Shown here one piece after another: positions 1 to 8,679 of a stretch of DNA of 46,872 bases; positions within the stretch are counted from its first letter, which is position 1; every line of letters begins with the position of its first letter. Both the position numbers and the translations under genes were made by a program. The notes beneath the pieces are model-generated. The model saw nothing but the letters and a program-made list of their open reading frames with translations. It was not told where the DNA came from and did no database searches. Source of the stretch: an uncultured Prevotella sp. (GTDB lineage: Bacteria > Bacteroidota > Bacteroidia > Bacteroidales > Bacteroidaceae); the NCBI GenBank assembly GCA_964561385.1, contig CAZLPO010000001.1:11467-58338 (forward strand), read 5' to 3'.

Positions 1-56
1 GACAATTCCAAGTGGAATTTCCGCGCTCATTAATTGAGCGTAAGGCGTGAGGCGCC

Positions 57-1901
57 TCACATAGCAATCACCAAGACGAATCCTCCCCGTGGCTGACATC
101 TGACGGCTGCGGGGAGCTTTTTGATGGTACTGATGGCCCACGGCTCCTCCTTGCTGCCGCTGTCGGCGAAGAGGGTGGCGGACTTTATCTCCTTGATAAA
201 ATCAAGGAGCACGGGGAGGTTTTTTTCTTTGTCGGTACCGTTGATGCCCGCCACATACCACACCTTTCCGCTGCGACGCGCCAGCACACAGCTCTCGCCG
301 GGATAGCCGCTGACGAAGCGCGTCTCGTCCCAGGCGGCAGGCAACTGCGACAGGTAGTCCTGCACCTGCTGCGGCTGCGCCAGGAAGCTCTCCGGACGGT
401 CGGCCAGGTGCTGCAGACCACTCTCAAAGAGGGCTGTCAGCGCCAGCTCATGGGCATGCGTCGTGATATGGGGATGCTGTGAGTCGCTGAAAGCGCAGGG
501 CGTGTAGTCCATCGGTCCGATGACATTGCGTGTGAAGGGCAGCGTGGCGTTGTGCGCTGCCGCCTTGTCGGTGAATGTCGGCACGTTGTTGTACCACTCA
601 GCGCCATAGACGCCCTCTGTTGACAGCAGGTTCGGATAGGTGCGCTGCCAGCCGCGCGGCACCGTGGCCCCATGGAAGTTCACCAGCAGGTGGTGACGGG
701 CGGCACACTCGAGCAAGTCGATGCAGTAGTCCATGTTTCGCTGGTTGTCGCCTGAGAAGAAGTCGATCTTCACGCCGGCCACGCCAATCTTCTCGCACCA
801 GGCAAACTCCTTTTCGCGGTCCTCGGGCTTGTTCAGACGGAACTTCGGCGTGGGAGCGCCGTCAACCCAGCCCACCGACGAGTTATACCATATCATCGGC
901 TTGACGCCACGTGAGCGTGCATAGCTGACGGCATCCTCGATGGTCTTGCCGTTCTTCATGCAGTCCCACTCGGCATCAATGAGCACGTAGGGCAGATGCA
1001 ACGTGGCAGCCATGTCGGTGTATTTCTTGATGATGTCATAGTCGTCGGAGCCGTGGTTATAGGCCCAGTACACCCATGAGACGACACCGGGATGAATCCA
1101 GCTTGTGTCCTCCAGCTTGCAGGGCTCGCTGACGTCGGTGACGAGCGTGGACTCCACCACGTCGGCCAGCGTGCCGACGATGACCACGCGCCACGGCGTA
1201 TGCGCGGCGGTTTCCCCGCCGGCAATCTTCTCGTCCTCTACCACGCGAAACACGTCGCCGTCGTTATAGAGACACGAAGCACTCTGTCCCTTCTCGATGT
1301 TCGCCTCCGTGATGAGTGCAAACACCGGCTCTTCTCCTTGCGAGGGCGCCTCCACCAGTGCCGGATAGCCCCAGCGCACGTTGTTGCCCTCGGCATCCTT
1401 GGCCACGGCGCTGTATGACGGCAGCGCCTTCACCTTAGCCGTCGTCGACAGGGGGAAGAAGCCCTCGTAGGAGTCGGCCCACTGCTGCATCCACCGCTTG
1501 GTACCTTCGGGGATGATGTAGGCCGTCTGCTCCTCTACCGGCTTTTCATAGCGATAGGCCACACCATCGTTATACAGGCGCAGCGTCATGTCACCTATCT
1601 TATATTCATTGGCCTCGTTGACACAGTGGCGGCGCTTGCCGGAGAGCATATCGTAGTTGGCGGAGGTACGATGGTACGGGGGTACGGGGGTACGAGATGT
1701 GAGAATTGAGGACTTCACGTGCAGGACAGGCTGTTGCTTGTAGGCTATGACAAAGCAGCTGTCCTTCGTCTCGACCGTCACGTTTCCGTTGGGGGAAGTG
1801 AGAGGAGAGCGGAGAGAGGAGAGAGGAGAGGGGTGCGTGAGTGCTGGAGTGATAAGGCACGGACAGGCCGTGATGAGTAACAGGAATAGTCTCTTCATCA
1901 T
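57..1901 (-). CDS. Glycoside hydrolase family 97, probably retaining alpha-galactosidase type
   Basis: 614 aa ORF with signal peptide; GH97 motifs TPWRV, YVLIDAEW, GVKIDFF (Asp at the retaining-subgroup nucleophile position), VNFHG, TLPFTRNVIGPMDYTP, PAAWDETRF. Confidence 0.9.
   Translation of the reverse strand: MMKRLFLLLITACPCLITPALTHPSPLSSLRSPLTSPNGNVTVETKDSCFVIAYKQQPVLHVKSSILTSRTPVPPYHRTSANYDMLSGKRRHCVNEANEYKIGDMTLRLYNDGVAYRYEKPVEEQTAYIIPEGTKRWMQQWADSYEGFFPLSTTAKVKALPSYSAVAKDAEGNNVRWGYPALVEAPSQGEEPVFALITEANIEKGQSASCLYNDGDVFRVVEDEKIAGGETAAHTPWRVVIVGTLADVVESTLVTDVSEPCKLEDTSWIHPGVVSWVYWAYNHGSDDYDIIKKYTDMAATLHLPYVLIDAEWDCMKNGKTIEDAVSYARSRGVKPMIWYNSSVGWVDGAPTPKFRLNKPEDREKEFAWCEKIGVAGVKIDFFSGDNQRNMDYCIDLLECAARHHLLVNFHGATVPRGWQRTYPNLLSTEGVYGAEWYNNVPTFTDKAAAHNATLPFTRNVIGPMDYTPCAFSDSQHPHITTHAHELALTALFESGLQHLADRPESFLAQPQQVQDYLSQLPAAWDETRFVSGYPGESCVLARRSGKVWYVAGINGTDKEKNLPVLLDFIKEIKSATLFADSGSKEEPWAISTIKKLPAAVRCQPRGGFVLVIAM
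1661..1694. repeat. Octamer tandem repeat (CGGRGGTA-like) x4 inside GH97
   Basis: cggaggta cgatggta cgggggta cgggggta cg; encodes RTPVPPYHRTS. Confidence 0.8.
1798..1833. repeat. Heptamer tandem repeat (GAGAGGA)n just after the GH97 signal region
   Basis: gtgagaggagagcggagagaggagagaggagagggg; encodes PSPLSSLRSPLT. Confidence 0.8.
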
Positions 1902-1933
1902 TCAGAATGTTTTCTTTTTGTTTCTTGCGGCTG

Positions 1934-1982
1934 CAAAGATAGTCATTTTTCTCGAACATTCAAAGAAAAAGCCGTATCTTTG
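1934..1982. promoter_or_regulatory. Divergent Bacteroidetes -7 promoter boxes (TATCTTTG on - at 1934-1941 for GH97; on + at 1975-1982 for GH43)
   Basis: Exact TAnnTTTG matches 25-35 nt upstream of each ATG. Confidence 0.75.
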
Positions 1983-2007
1983 CAGGCAAAATCAACTATC
2001 AACAACT

Positions 2008-3687
2008 ATGCACAAAAGATTCCTCCTGGCAGCCGCCGCTATGGTCGCCTGCCTTCATACTAACGCACAGACCGAGCCCGCCAAGTGTTTCAAGGACGTC
2101 AACTACGGCAATCCCATCAGCGGTGCCGTCTTCTGTGCCGACCCCACAGCCATCGAGTACGAGGGGCGCCTCTATGTCTATGGCTCCAACGACCACCAGC
2201 AGTTCATTGCCAACGGCAAGAAGAACAAGAACGGCTACGGGGCCATCAAGTCGCTCGTGGTGCTCTCCACCGACGACCTTGTCAACTGGACCTTCCACGG
2301 CACCATCGACGTCAAGAAGGTGTGCAGCTGGAGCGGCAACTCATGGGCGCCGTCGGCCACGTGGCGCATCAACGACCAGGGCAAGCCCGAGTTCTTCATC
2401 TACTTCGCCAACGGCGCCAGCAATGTCGGCGTGATGAAGGGCGACTCGCCCATCGGTCCTTTCAAGTCGCCGCGCTCCAGTCCCATTGTCAACCACGGCA
2501 TGTCGGGTGTCGATCCTTGCAACTGGCTCTTCGACCCCGGTGTTGTCGTGATGGAGAACGGCGATGCGTGGCTGTCGTTCGGCGGCGGCGACCCCAACAA
2601 CCAGGGCAACGACCTGCTGCCCGGCAATGCCCGCATTGCCAAGCTGAAGAAGAACATGACCGAGATTGACGGCAAGGCCATCAACCTGCCTGCCCCCTAC
2701 CATTTCGAGGCCAGCGAGCTGAACATCATCGGCGGTAAGTTTGCCTATACCTACTGTTCGTCGTGGCGTGGTCGCAACGACTGGAGCAAGTACCAGAAGG
2801 ACAAGGGCATCACGGTGAGTGCCCCTGGCCAGTGTACCATGTGCTACATGGTGACCGACGACCCGACGAATCCCGACTCGTGGGAGTACCGTGGCGACTA
2901 CGGTCCCCACCCCGGCACCTCGGAGAACAACCACTCGCACCTGCAGAAGTTCAATGGCGGCTACTACCACATCTACCACTCCGGTGCCCTGCTGGTGGGC
3001 ATGAAGAATGCGGGCGGTGTGGACCAGAGTGCCAATATGTACCGTTCCATCTGTATCAACAAGGTGACCGTCAACGAGGAGACGCAGAAGATCAACAGGG
3101 TGAGCCTCAATAACAACGGTCCCGCTGCCGTCAAGACTTTCAACCCCTACCAGCTGCAGGAGGCCGAGACGATGGCGACCTGTGGCGGCGTCATGTACGA
3201 GCACTTCACCAACATCACGAAGAACACCAGCGTCAGCACCCTGGGCAACGATGCCTCGCGCAACATGCAGGTGAAGATGTCGGCCGGCTCATGGATCATG
3301 GTGCGCAACGTCGACTTCGGCAAGAACGGCGCCTCGCGGTTCATGTTCCGCACCAAGGGCACCGGCACCATCGAGCTGCGACTGGGCAAGATCACCAACG
3401 ACCCCGTGGCCACGATGGAGTTCACGTCGAGGGTCTATGCAGACAACGAGCTCGACGTGGACCCCAGCGTCTTCAAGGGCTCCAACAAGAAACTGTTCAT
3501 CGTCTTCACCAAGGCTACGAACCTGCAGTTCGATGCCTGGCAGTTCACCGAGGACGACCCCACGCCCGTCGTCAGCCCCCTGCTGCCTGAGGACGAGCCC
3601 CTGCTGTTCGACCTCCAGGGCCATCGCGTCACCAACCCCACCCGCGGCATCTATATCCGCGACGGACGTAAGGTGGTGATTAAGTGA
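2008..3687 (+). CDS. GH43 arabinofuranosidase/xylosidase with CBM6-like module and T9SS-type C-terminal tail
   Basis: Start at MHKRFLL (ATG 2008) with signal peptide; ADP, WAP, FDPG, HFEAS GH43 motifs; NPY-x3-EAET and WI-x3-VDFG CBM6-like segment; tail LFDLQGHRV...GIYIRDGRKVVIK. Confidence 0.85.
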   Translation: MHKRFLLAAAAMVACLHTNAQTEPAKCFKDVNYGNPISGAVFCADPTAIEYEGRLYVYGSNDHQQFIANGKKNKNGYGAIKSLVVLSTDDLVNWTFHGTIDVKKVCSWSGNSWAPSATWRINDQGKPEFFIYFANGASNVGVMKGDSPIGPFKSPRSSPIVNHGMSGVDPCNWLFDPGVVVMENGDAWLSFGGGDPNNQGNDLLPGNARIAKLKKNMTEIDGKAINLPAPYHFEASELNIIGGKFAYTYCSSWRGRNDWSKYQKDKGITVSAPGQCTMCYMVTDDPTNPDSWEYRGDYGPHPGTSENNHSHLQKFNGGYYHIYHSGALLVGMKNAGGVDQSANMYRSICINKVTVNEETQKINRVSLNNNGPAAVKTFNPYQLQEAETMATCGGVMYEHFTNITKNTSVSTLGNDASRNMQVKMSAGSWIMVRNVDFGKNGASRFMFRTKGTGTIELRLGKITNDPVATMEFTSRVYADNELDVDPSVFKGSNKKLFIVFTKATNLQFDAWQFTEDDPTPVVSPLLPEDEPLLFDLQGHRVTNPTRGIYIRDGRKVVIK

Positions 3688-3753
3688 GACGTGAGGCGTG
3701 AGGCGTGAGGCGTGAGACGTGAGACGAGAAAACTGAAACCTAAAACCTGAAAC
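3684..3753. repeat. Intergenic heptamer arrays: (GTGAGRC)x6 at 3684-3725, then (AAACCTR-like)x3 at 3729-3753
   Basis: gtgagac gtgaggc gtgaggc gtgaggc gtgagac gtgagac; aaaactg aaaccta aaacctg aaac. The TGA stop of the GH43 gene lies in the first unit. Confidence 0.9.
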
Positions 3754-5505
3754 ATGAGACAAATATTTGCATTCCTCCTTGCCATCAGCACATCGTGCCT
3801 GGCCTTTGCCGAGGCACCCCAAGTAAAGACCACCAACGGCATCGTCAGCGGCACGGTGCAGGAAGGCACCTATGCGTATTTAGGCATTCCCTACGCACGT
3901 GTAGAGCGGTTCATGCCCCCGCTCCCCGTCGAGAGGTGGGAGGGTGTGAAAGCCTGCGACCAGTTCGGGCCGCAGACCATGCAGCCCACGAACCGTCCGA
4001 TGACGGAGGCAGAGATGTCGGAGCAGTGCTGTGTGCTGAACGTGTGGACCACCTCGCCCTGCACGGCGCAGTCATCAGCCCCCACCCCCAAGAAGCCGGT
4101 CATGTTCTGGCTGCACGGCGGCGGCTTCGACAGCGGCACGTCAGCCTGGGACCCTGGACAGCAGTTGGCCAAGAAGGACGTGGTCGTGGTTGGCGTGAAC
4201 CACCGTCTGAACATCCTGGGCTTTCTCGACCTCTCGGCAGTATCTGAGAGATACAGGTATTCCGGCAACGTGGGCATGCTCGACGTGGTGCAGGCCCTGC
4301 AGTGGGTGCGCGACAACATCGAGCAGTTTGGCGGCGACCCCGACAACGTCACCATCTTCGGTGAGTCAGGCGGTGGCGGCAAGGTGGGCACGCTGATGTG
4401 CATGCCGGCTGCCAAGGGGCTCTTCCATAAGGCCATCATCATGAGCGGCACCATCCTGAATGTCAACACCCATGCAATGACGCAGGCACTTGGCAAGGCC
4501 GTCCTCAACGAGCTGGGCATCACAGCCGACAACATCGACCGCATCAAGGACGTGCCCTACCAGGACCTCTATGCTGCCGGACAGCGGGCCATGGCGGCCA
4601 GCATCGGCACGCGCAAGCCCGGCACCCCCATGATGTGGGGCTTTGGGCCGACACCCGACGGCGAGACGCTGCTGCAACAGCCGTTCCAGCCCGGCTTCGC
4701 GGCCATCAGCAACGACATACCGCTGATGATCGGCACCACCTTCAACGAGCTGCAGCGCCTGCACTACAAGCGTGAGCTGACGCAGGAGGAGGCACGCACA
4801 GAACTACAAAAGACCTTTGGCGACGACACCGATGCCTATATCGCCGCCTTCGCCAAAGCCTATCCCGACTACACCCCGCAGGATCTGCTGAGCATCGACT
4901 GGCTCTTCCGCCCCAAGACGCTCATCACGGCCGACGACCGCGCCTCTCTCCTCTCTCCTCTATACATGTATATGTTCACCTGGCGCTCACCCGTCAGTCT
5001 GGGTTCTGTTCATGGCAACGAGCTCTGCTTCTGCTTCAACCGGCTGCACCAGGCAGGCAACATCGTACCCCAGCCCACGGCCGACGATCTGCACCTGGCC
5101 GACTTGATGAGCAGCGCGTGGGCACAGTTTGCACACACGGGCAACCCCAACATCGAGGGTCTGCCGGCGTGGCAGCCCTACACCAAGGAGAACGGCGAAC
5201 TGATGGTGTTCGACCACCGCTGCTTTGTCCGCCATAACCCTGACCGCGAACTGGAACAGATCATCGACCGCCACTGCTTCCGCCAGTTGGACGAGTTCCG
5301 CTCACAGCGCATTGTGTGGGAGCAGCCCACCATCGAGTATGGAACCAGCAACGGCGACGGCTTCTTCAATCTCGCCCTCGACGTGACGAAGGTGGAGCTG
5401 AAGGACAACGAGACCGTGGTGTATATCACCGCACAGCAACGGTCGGACTATCCAAACACATTCTTCAGAACCTCTGCCACGGTATGCGAGATTTTGCAGC
5501 TATAG
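3754..5505 (+). CDS. Type-B carboxylesterase with an apparently unrelated C-terminal extension
   Basis: Signal peptide; YLGIPYA, FWLHGGG, NHRLNILGF, TIFGESGGG nucleophile elbow, HGNEL, FAHTGNP; last ~65 aa (IVWEQPT...) do not look like esterase sequence. Confidence 0.85.
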   Translation: MRQIFAFLLAISTSCLAFAEAPQVKTTNGIVSGTVQEGTYAYLGIPYARVERFMPPLPVERWEGVKACDQFGPQTMQPTNRPMTEAEMSEQCCVLNVWTTSPCTAQSSAPTPKKPVMFWLHGGGFDSGTSAWDPGQQLAKKDVVVVGVNHRLNILGFLDLSAVSERYRYSGNVGMLDVVQALQWVRDNIEQFGGDPDNVTIFGESGGGGKVGTLMCMPAAKGLFHKAIIMSGTILNVNTHAMTQALGKAVLNELGITADNIDRIKDVPYQDLYAAGQRAMAASIGTRKPGTPMMWGFGPTPDGETLLQQPFQPGFAAISNDIPLMIGTTFNELQRLHYKRELTQEEARTELQKTFGDDTDAYIAAFAKAYPDYTPQDLLSIDWLFRPKTLITADDRASLLSPLYMYMFTWRSPVSLGSVHGNELCFCFNRLHQAGNIVPQPTADDLHLADLMSSAWAQFAHTGNPNIEGLPAWQPYTKENGELMVFDHRCFVRHNPDRELEQIIDRHCFRQLDEFRSQRIVWEQPTIEYGTSNGDGFFNLALDVTKVELKDNETVVYITAQQRSDYPNTFFRTSATVCEILQL

Positions 5506-5687
5506 ATTTTGAGACAGCTAACAACGAGCGCTCTTCCGTTTGCTCCGTTGGCGTTGTCATTGTGCGCGACGGTGAGATTGTGGATTCGTTCTACTCGCTC
5601 ATTCAGCCAGAGCCGAACTATTAAAACCACCATCATGCATTGGCTGATGCAGAGGCTTGCGCTTGGATTGCAAGAGAAATATTGTAA
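5484..5687 (+). pseudogene. Internally deleted DnaQ/DNA polymerase III epsilon-like 3'-5' exonuclease remnant
   Basis: MRDFAAIDFETAN...IQPEPNY* (Exo I DxE motif) followed in the same frame, right after TAA 5622-5624, by NHHHALADAEACAWIAREIL* (Exo III HxAxxD); the middle of the domain is missing. Confidence 0.8.
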
Positions 5688-5865
5688 AATGGGACAGAAT
5701 GTATATTATGTTTGTTTGCAGTAAAAAGCAAAAACCGGCAATTGTTTTGTGAACTATGTTTTATTGCTGTTTTTCCTACATAGTTACATAACCTTACCTA
5801 ACTATCTTATTATCAATAAATTGTAACGATGTACCTTTTTACAAAAGTTACATCATCATACATTG

Positions 5866-6093
5866 GTACAAAACAACTTGTTTTGTACTCAAGAAGATAC
5901 TCTTTTCTATGTTAAGAAGGCAAGTCTTACTGAACAAAACAACTTGTTTTGTGGTCAAAGAAAGCATTTCAGCGCGAAATGCCATACGCACGCATACGTA
6001 TATAACCTTTATTTTTCCGAATAGAGCCTCTATTCTATCGAAAAGAGGCTCTATTCTATCTGTTTTTGGGTGCACGGGGTGCACGGGTGCACC
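5866..6093. repeat. AT-rich block of palindromes and short direct repeats
   Basis: gtacaaaacaa-c-ttgttttgtac (5866-5888) and its 19-nt core again at 5934-5952; 13-bp IR gaatagagcctct/agaggctctattc (6019-6056); gggtgcac x3 (6068-6093). Confidence 0.8.
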
Positions 6094-6180
6094 GTGTTTT
6101 CATTTGACTATATCGCGCACACGCGCGCGTACCTTCGTAATCACGTTTCCCGAACCCGACAAACCGTCGTGCGTAGTGAG

Positions 6181-8496
6181 TTACTTGAACTTGATGGTCA
6201 CAGCGACGTAGTTGTTGTAGTCCTTGAGATAGTAGTTCTCAATACGTTTGTTGTCGAAGTCGCGATAGAATAGCTTGGTCTCAAGTCCGTCTTTCTCAGT
6301 CGTAAGCCAATAGTAATAATTGCTGCGTGAGAATTCAGGATTCCACTGGATATGGCTGACATCCAGGCTGTAGAGCGACTTGTTGCCTGCGACATCGTTC
6401 CATTCCCAGTCGGCCACGAGGCTGGTTATCTCACCCATTCCGGCAGCTGTGATCTTGGCTGTCAGCGTGAAGGAGATGTACACTTTTGCCTTTTCATGAC
6501 CAGGCTCCTCCTGTCTGTCGGCCTTGATGGTGTACGTATTAGCCGTCTTCGATATCTGTAGCTGGTCACCGTTCAGTTTGAAAGAGCCAGGGATATGCGC
6601 GGTCTCTGTTTTGCCGTATGCGTACTGAGTCGTTTCGTAATCGTAGGTTATTTTTATCTCTTCAATGTCGGTGCGTGCGTCAAAGCCTGCGCCGTACTTA
6701 ACCTCGTTAACACCAACTTCCAGGTCGCTCAGCTTCAGCGTCAGCTTCTCCTCACCATCGGGCGAGACGATGACCATGTCGGGCTTGACACCTGCGGCGC
6801 AGTAGGCAAACAGGCGGAACTTGATGTCGCCCTCACCGTTCTTGTCGAGCTTGCACTCCCACTTGGTGGGGTCTTCGAGACGCAGCGGCAGCTTCTTGAA
6901 CTTCACCGTGTGACCGGCAAAGGCCGAGTTGCCGTTCTTGGCATCCACATCCTTGAAGTGCAGGGTGATGATGCCATTGGCATGCTGGGCGTACTTCATC
7001 ATCTGGTCCTTCATCAGGTCGTACTGCTGAAGCTTCAGCTTCTCGCCGATGGCGTCGAACACGGATGGCAACAGCTCCGGATCGCTGTAGAGCTTGCCGC
7101 GCAATTCGGCCGACAACTCCTTCTTGATCTTCTCGTTCAGACCGCCACCGCCAGTCCACACGGTGCCAGTGGCCTCGCCCAGATAGTAGGCTACCGTCTC
7201 CTCGTTCTCCCAGAACTGCTCACAGTACTTGTTGACATAGGCATCGATAAGGGCGTTCAGACGTATCTCTGTCATGCCCTTCTTCGTGAAGGCCGGCCAG
7301 AACAGGTCGTACCACTCCTGGAACGAGCGGTAGCCGTCCTCGCCCTCGCTGTAATAGAGGTCGAAAGCCTTCTTGTACATATCCTTACGGCCACTCCAGG
7401 CCTCTTCGGCGAACTTGTTCAATGAGTAGTCGATGATGGCGACCGACACCATGCAGAGCGTCATGGCCGACGACTCGCAGAGCGTTGTTCCCTTTTTAAC
7501 AAACCAGTCGGTGAGTGCTTTCAAGGTCATGCCATCGGCTTTATCGACATCGCCGGAATAGACGGCGCGGAGCTTCTGGTAGAACGTGGCCACAACGGCC
7601 AGATTGCCCATGACACCGGCGGTCTTCTTCAGCAGCGCGTTGCCCAGCCCTGCCTCCTTCAGCAGCGGATAGGTGATGTCGCCGAAAAGAGACTTGGTAT
7701 CGAGGATGTCCTGCGTGAGAATGTCGGCGTCAGAGGTCAGCTCATTGTTTCCCCCGAAGAGCTCGGACATGATGCCTGTGATGACCGTCAGTGGGGGATC
7801 TTCCCAATCAACGTAGTGGAACTTGTTCTCAAAGAGGCCTGCAGCACGCGTGTTGGCGCGTGCCACGATGAACGCGCCAAACGTCTCCTCGCCAGCACGT
7901 GTCAAAGCCCTTGTGCTTCCATCGACCACCATGACGCCAAACGTGCCTGGCTTGTCGGTAAGGACGACGGCCTCGCCCTTCTTCTTATCATACTCGCACA
8001 AGGCAGGCGTCCAGTCTTTCTCGACCTCATTCCACTGAGCCGCTACGAGCGTCTGGCCTTTGCTGAAGCTGATGGGGATACGTATGTGGGCCACGCCGTT
8101 GTACTCGGTGAGGTCGCCCACCTGCACGTTGACAGCCGTTACGTTGTCGCCCTTGCTCAGCATCCAGGGCACTTGCGTGGCCTTGGCGACCAACAGCTTC
8201 GTGTCGCCCTTGAGCATACAGGGTGTCAGCTCGATGGTACAGCCGGCGGCCTCCACGGTGCAGTTCTGCTCGTTGACCACCAGCTCCTCGGCGGCACCCA
8301 ACTTCATGGTGCCACCTGGTTTCTCGGCCACTCTCTCGTCGAAGTCAGCCGATGAGGACTTGCCGCCATCGACATTGTCGTCGGATGAGCATGACATCGT
8401 CATGCCAGCCAGCAGTATCACGCCAAATAGCAATAATACGTGCACGTGCGCTTTCAATTTCATCACAATTGTTTGTTTCATAGTATGTCTCATCAT
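6181..8496 (-). CDS. Hypothetical lipoprotein (start codon uncertain, several Met)
   Basis: 771 aa ORF with host-like codon usage; Bacteroidetes lipobox MTMS-C-SSDD; promoter box TATATTTG at 8545-8552 (-); no catalytic motif recognised. Confidence 0.75.
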   Translation of the reverse strand: MMRHTMKQTIVMKLKAHVHVLLLFGVILLAGMTMSCSSDDNVDGGKSSSADFDERVAEKPGGTMKLGAAEELVVNEQNCTVEAAGCTIELTPCMLKGDTKLLVAKATQVPWMLSKGDNVTAVNVQVGDLTEYNGVAHIRIPISFSKGQTLVAAQWNEVEKDWTPALCEYDKKKGEAVVLTDKPGTFGVMVVDGSTRALTRAGEETFGAFIVARANTRAAGLFENKFHYVDWEDPPLTVITGIMSELFGGNNELTSDADILTQDILDTKSLFGDITYPLLKEAGLGNALLKKTAGVMGNLAVVATFYQKLRAVYSGDVDKADGMTLKALTDWFVKKGTTLCESSAMTLCMVSVAIIDYSLNKFAEEAWSGRKDMYKKAFDLYYSEGEDGYRSFQEWYDLFWPAFTKKGMTEIRLNALIDAYVNKYCEQFWENEETVAYYLGEATGTVWTGGGGLNEKIKKELSAELRGKLYSDPELLPSVFDAIGEKLKLQQYDLMKDQMMKYAQHANGIITLHFKDVDAKNGNSAFAGHTVKFKKLPLRLEDPTKWECKLDKNGEGDIKFRLFAYCAAGVKPDMVIVSPDGEEKLTLKLSDLEVGVNEVKYGAGFDARTDIEEIKITYDYETTQYAYGKTETAHIPGSFKLNGDQLQISKTANTYTIKADRQEEPGHEKAKVYISFTLTAKITAAGMGEITSLVADWEWNDVAGNKSLYSLDVSHIQWNPEFSRSNYYYWLTTEKDGLETKLFYRDFDNKRIENYYLKDYNNYVAVTIKFK

Positions 8497-8613
8497 GTCA
8501 CGTTAGTTTAAGGTTAGTAAATTGAATCGTGATATTCTCGGATGCAAATATAAGGGTTTTTATTGGTAACGCCAAATATTATGTGCAGTTTTTTGTCGAA
8601 ATGCCATTTTTTG

Positions 8614-8648
8614 AAAAAAAGAATGCACACGGAAAACCGTGTGCACTC
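8614..8648 (-). terminator. Intrinsic terminator after the CE6 gene
   Basis: tgcacacgg-aaaa-ccgtgtgca stem (8624-8645) followed on - by a T-rich run. Confidence 0.7.
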
Positions 8649-8679
8649 AATATAATAATAAGTGTGTATTCAATATCGT

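Noticed and set aside
4..60. Small hairpins at the window start as the GH97 terminator
   Set aside because: Stems are short (cgctca/tgagcg; aattcca/tggaatt), there is no clear U-tract and the context is cut by the window edge
1747..2007. 5' extensions in the ORF track (also 12820-13191, 14778-15143, 18096-18260, 34168-34296, 36458-36562)
   Set aside because: They overlap neighbouring genes or promoters; downstream ATGs give proper signal peptides, usually just after TAnnTTTG boxes
3684..3753. Possible CRISPR array or iterons
   Set aside because: 7-nt tandem units without unique spacers; no cas or rep gene in the window
5622..5624. Programmed readthrough or recoding of the in-frame TAA in the exonuclease remnant
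   Set aside because: Even with readthrough the product would be about 67 aa and lack the central Exo II region; deletion is the simpler explanation, and other genes here use TAA as a normal stop
5848..6273. Short ORFs in the AT-rich island (5848-6084, 5909-6211, 6070-6273)
   Set aside because: They are translations of palindromes and repeats with atypical codon usage and non-ATG or unsupported starts
6181..6660. Aromatic-rich lipoprotein C-terminus as a diversity-generating retroelement target
   Set aside because: No template repeat or reverse transcriptase seen in the window
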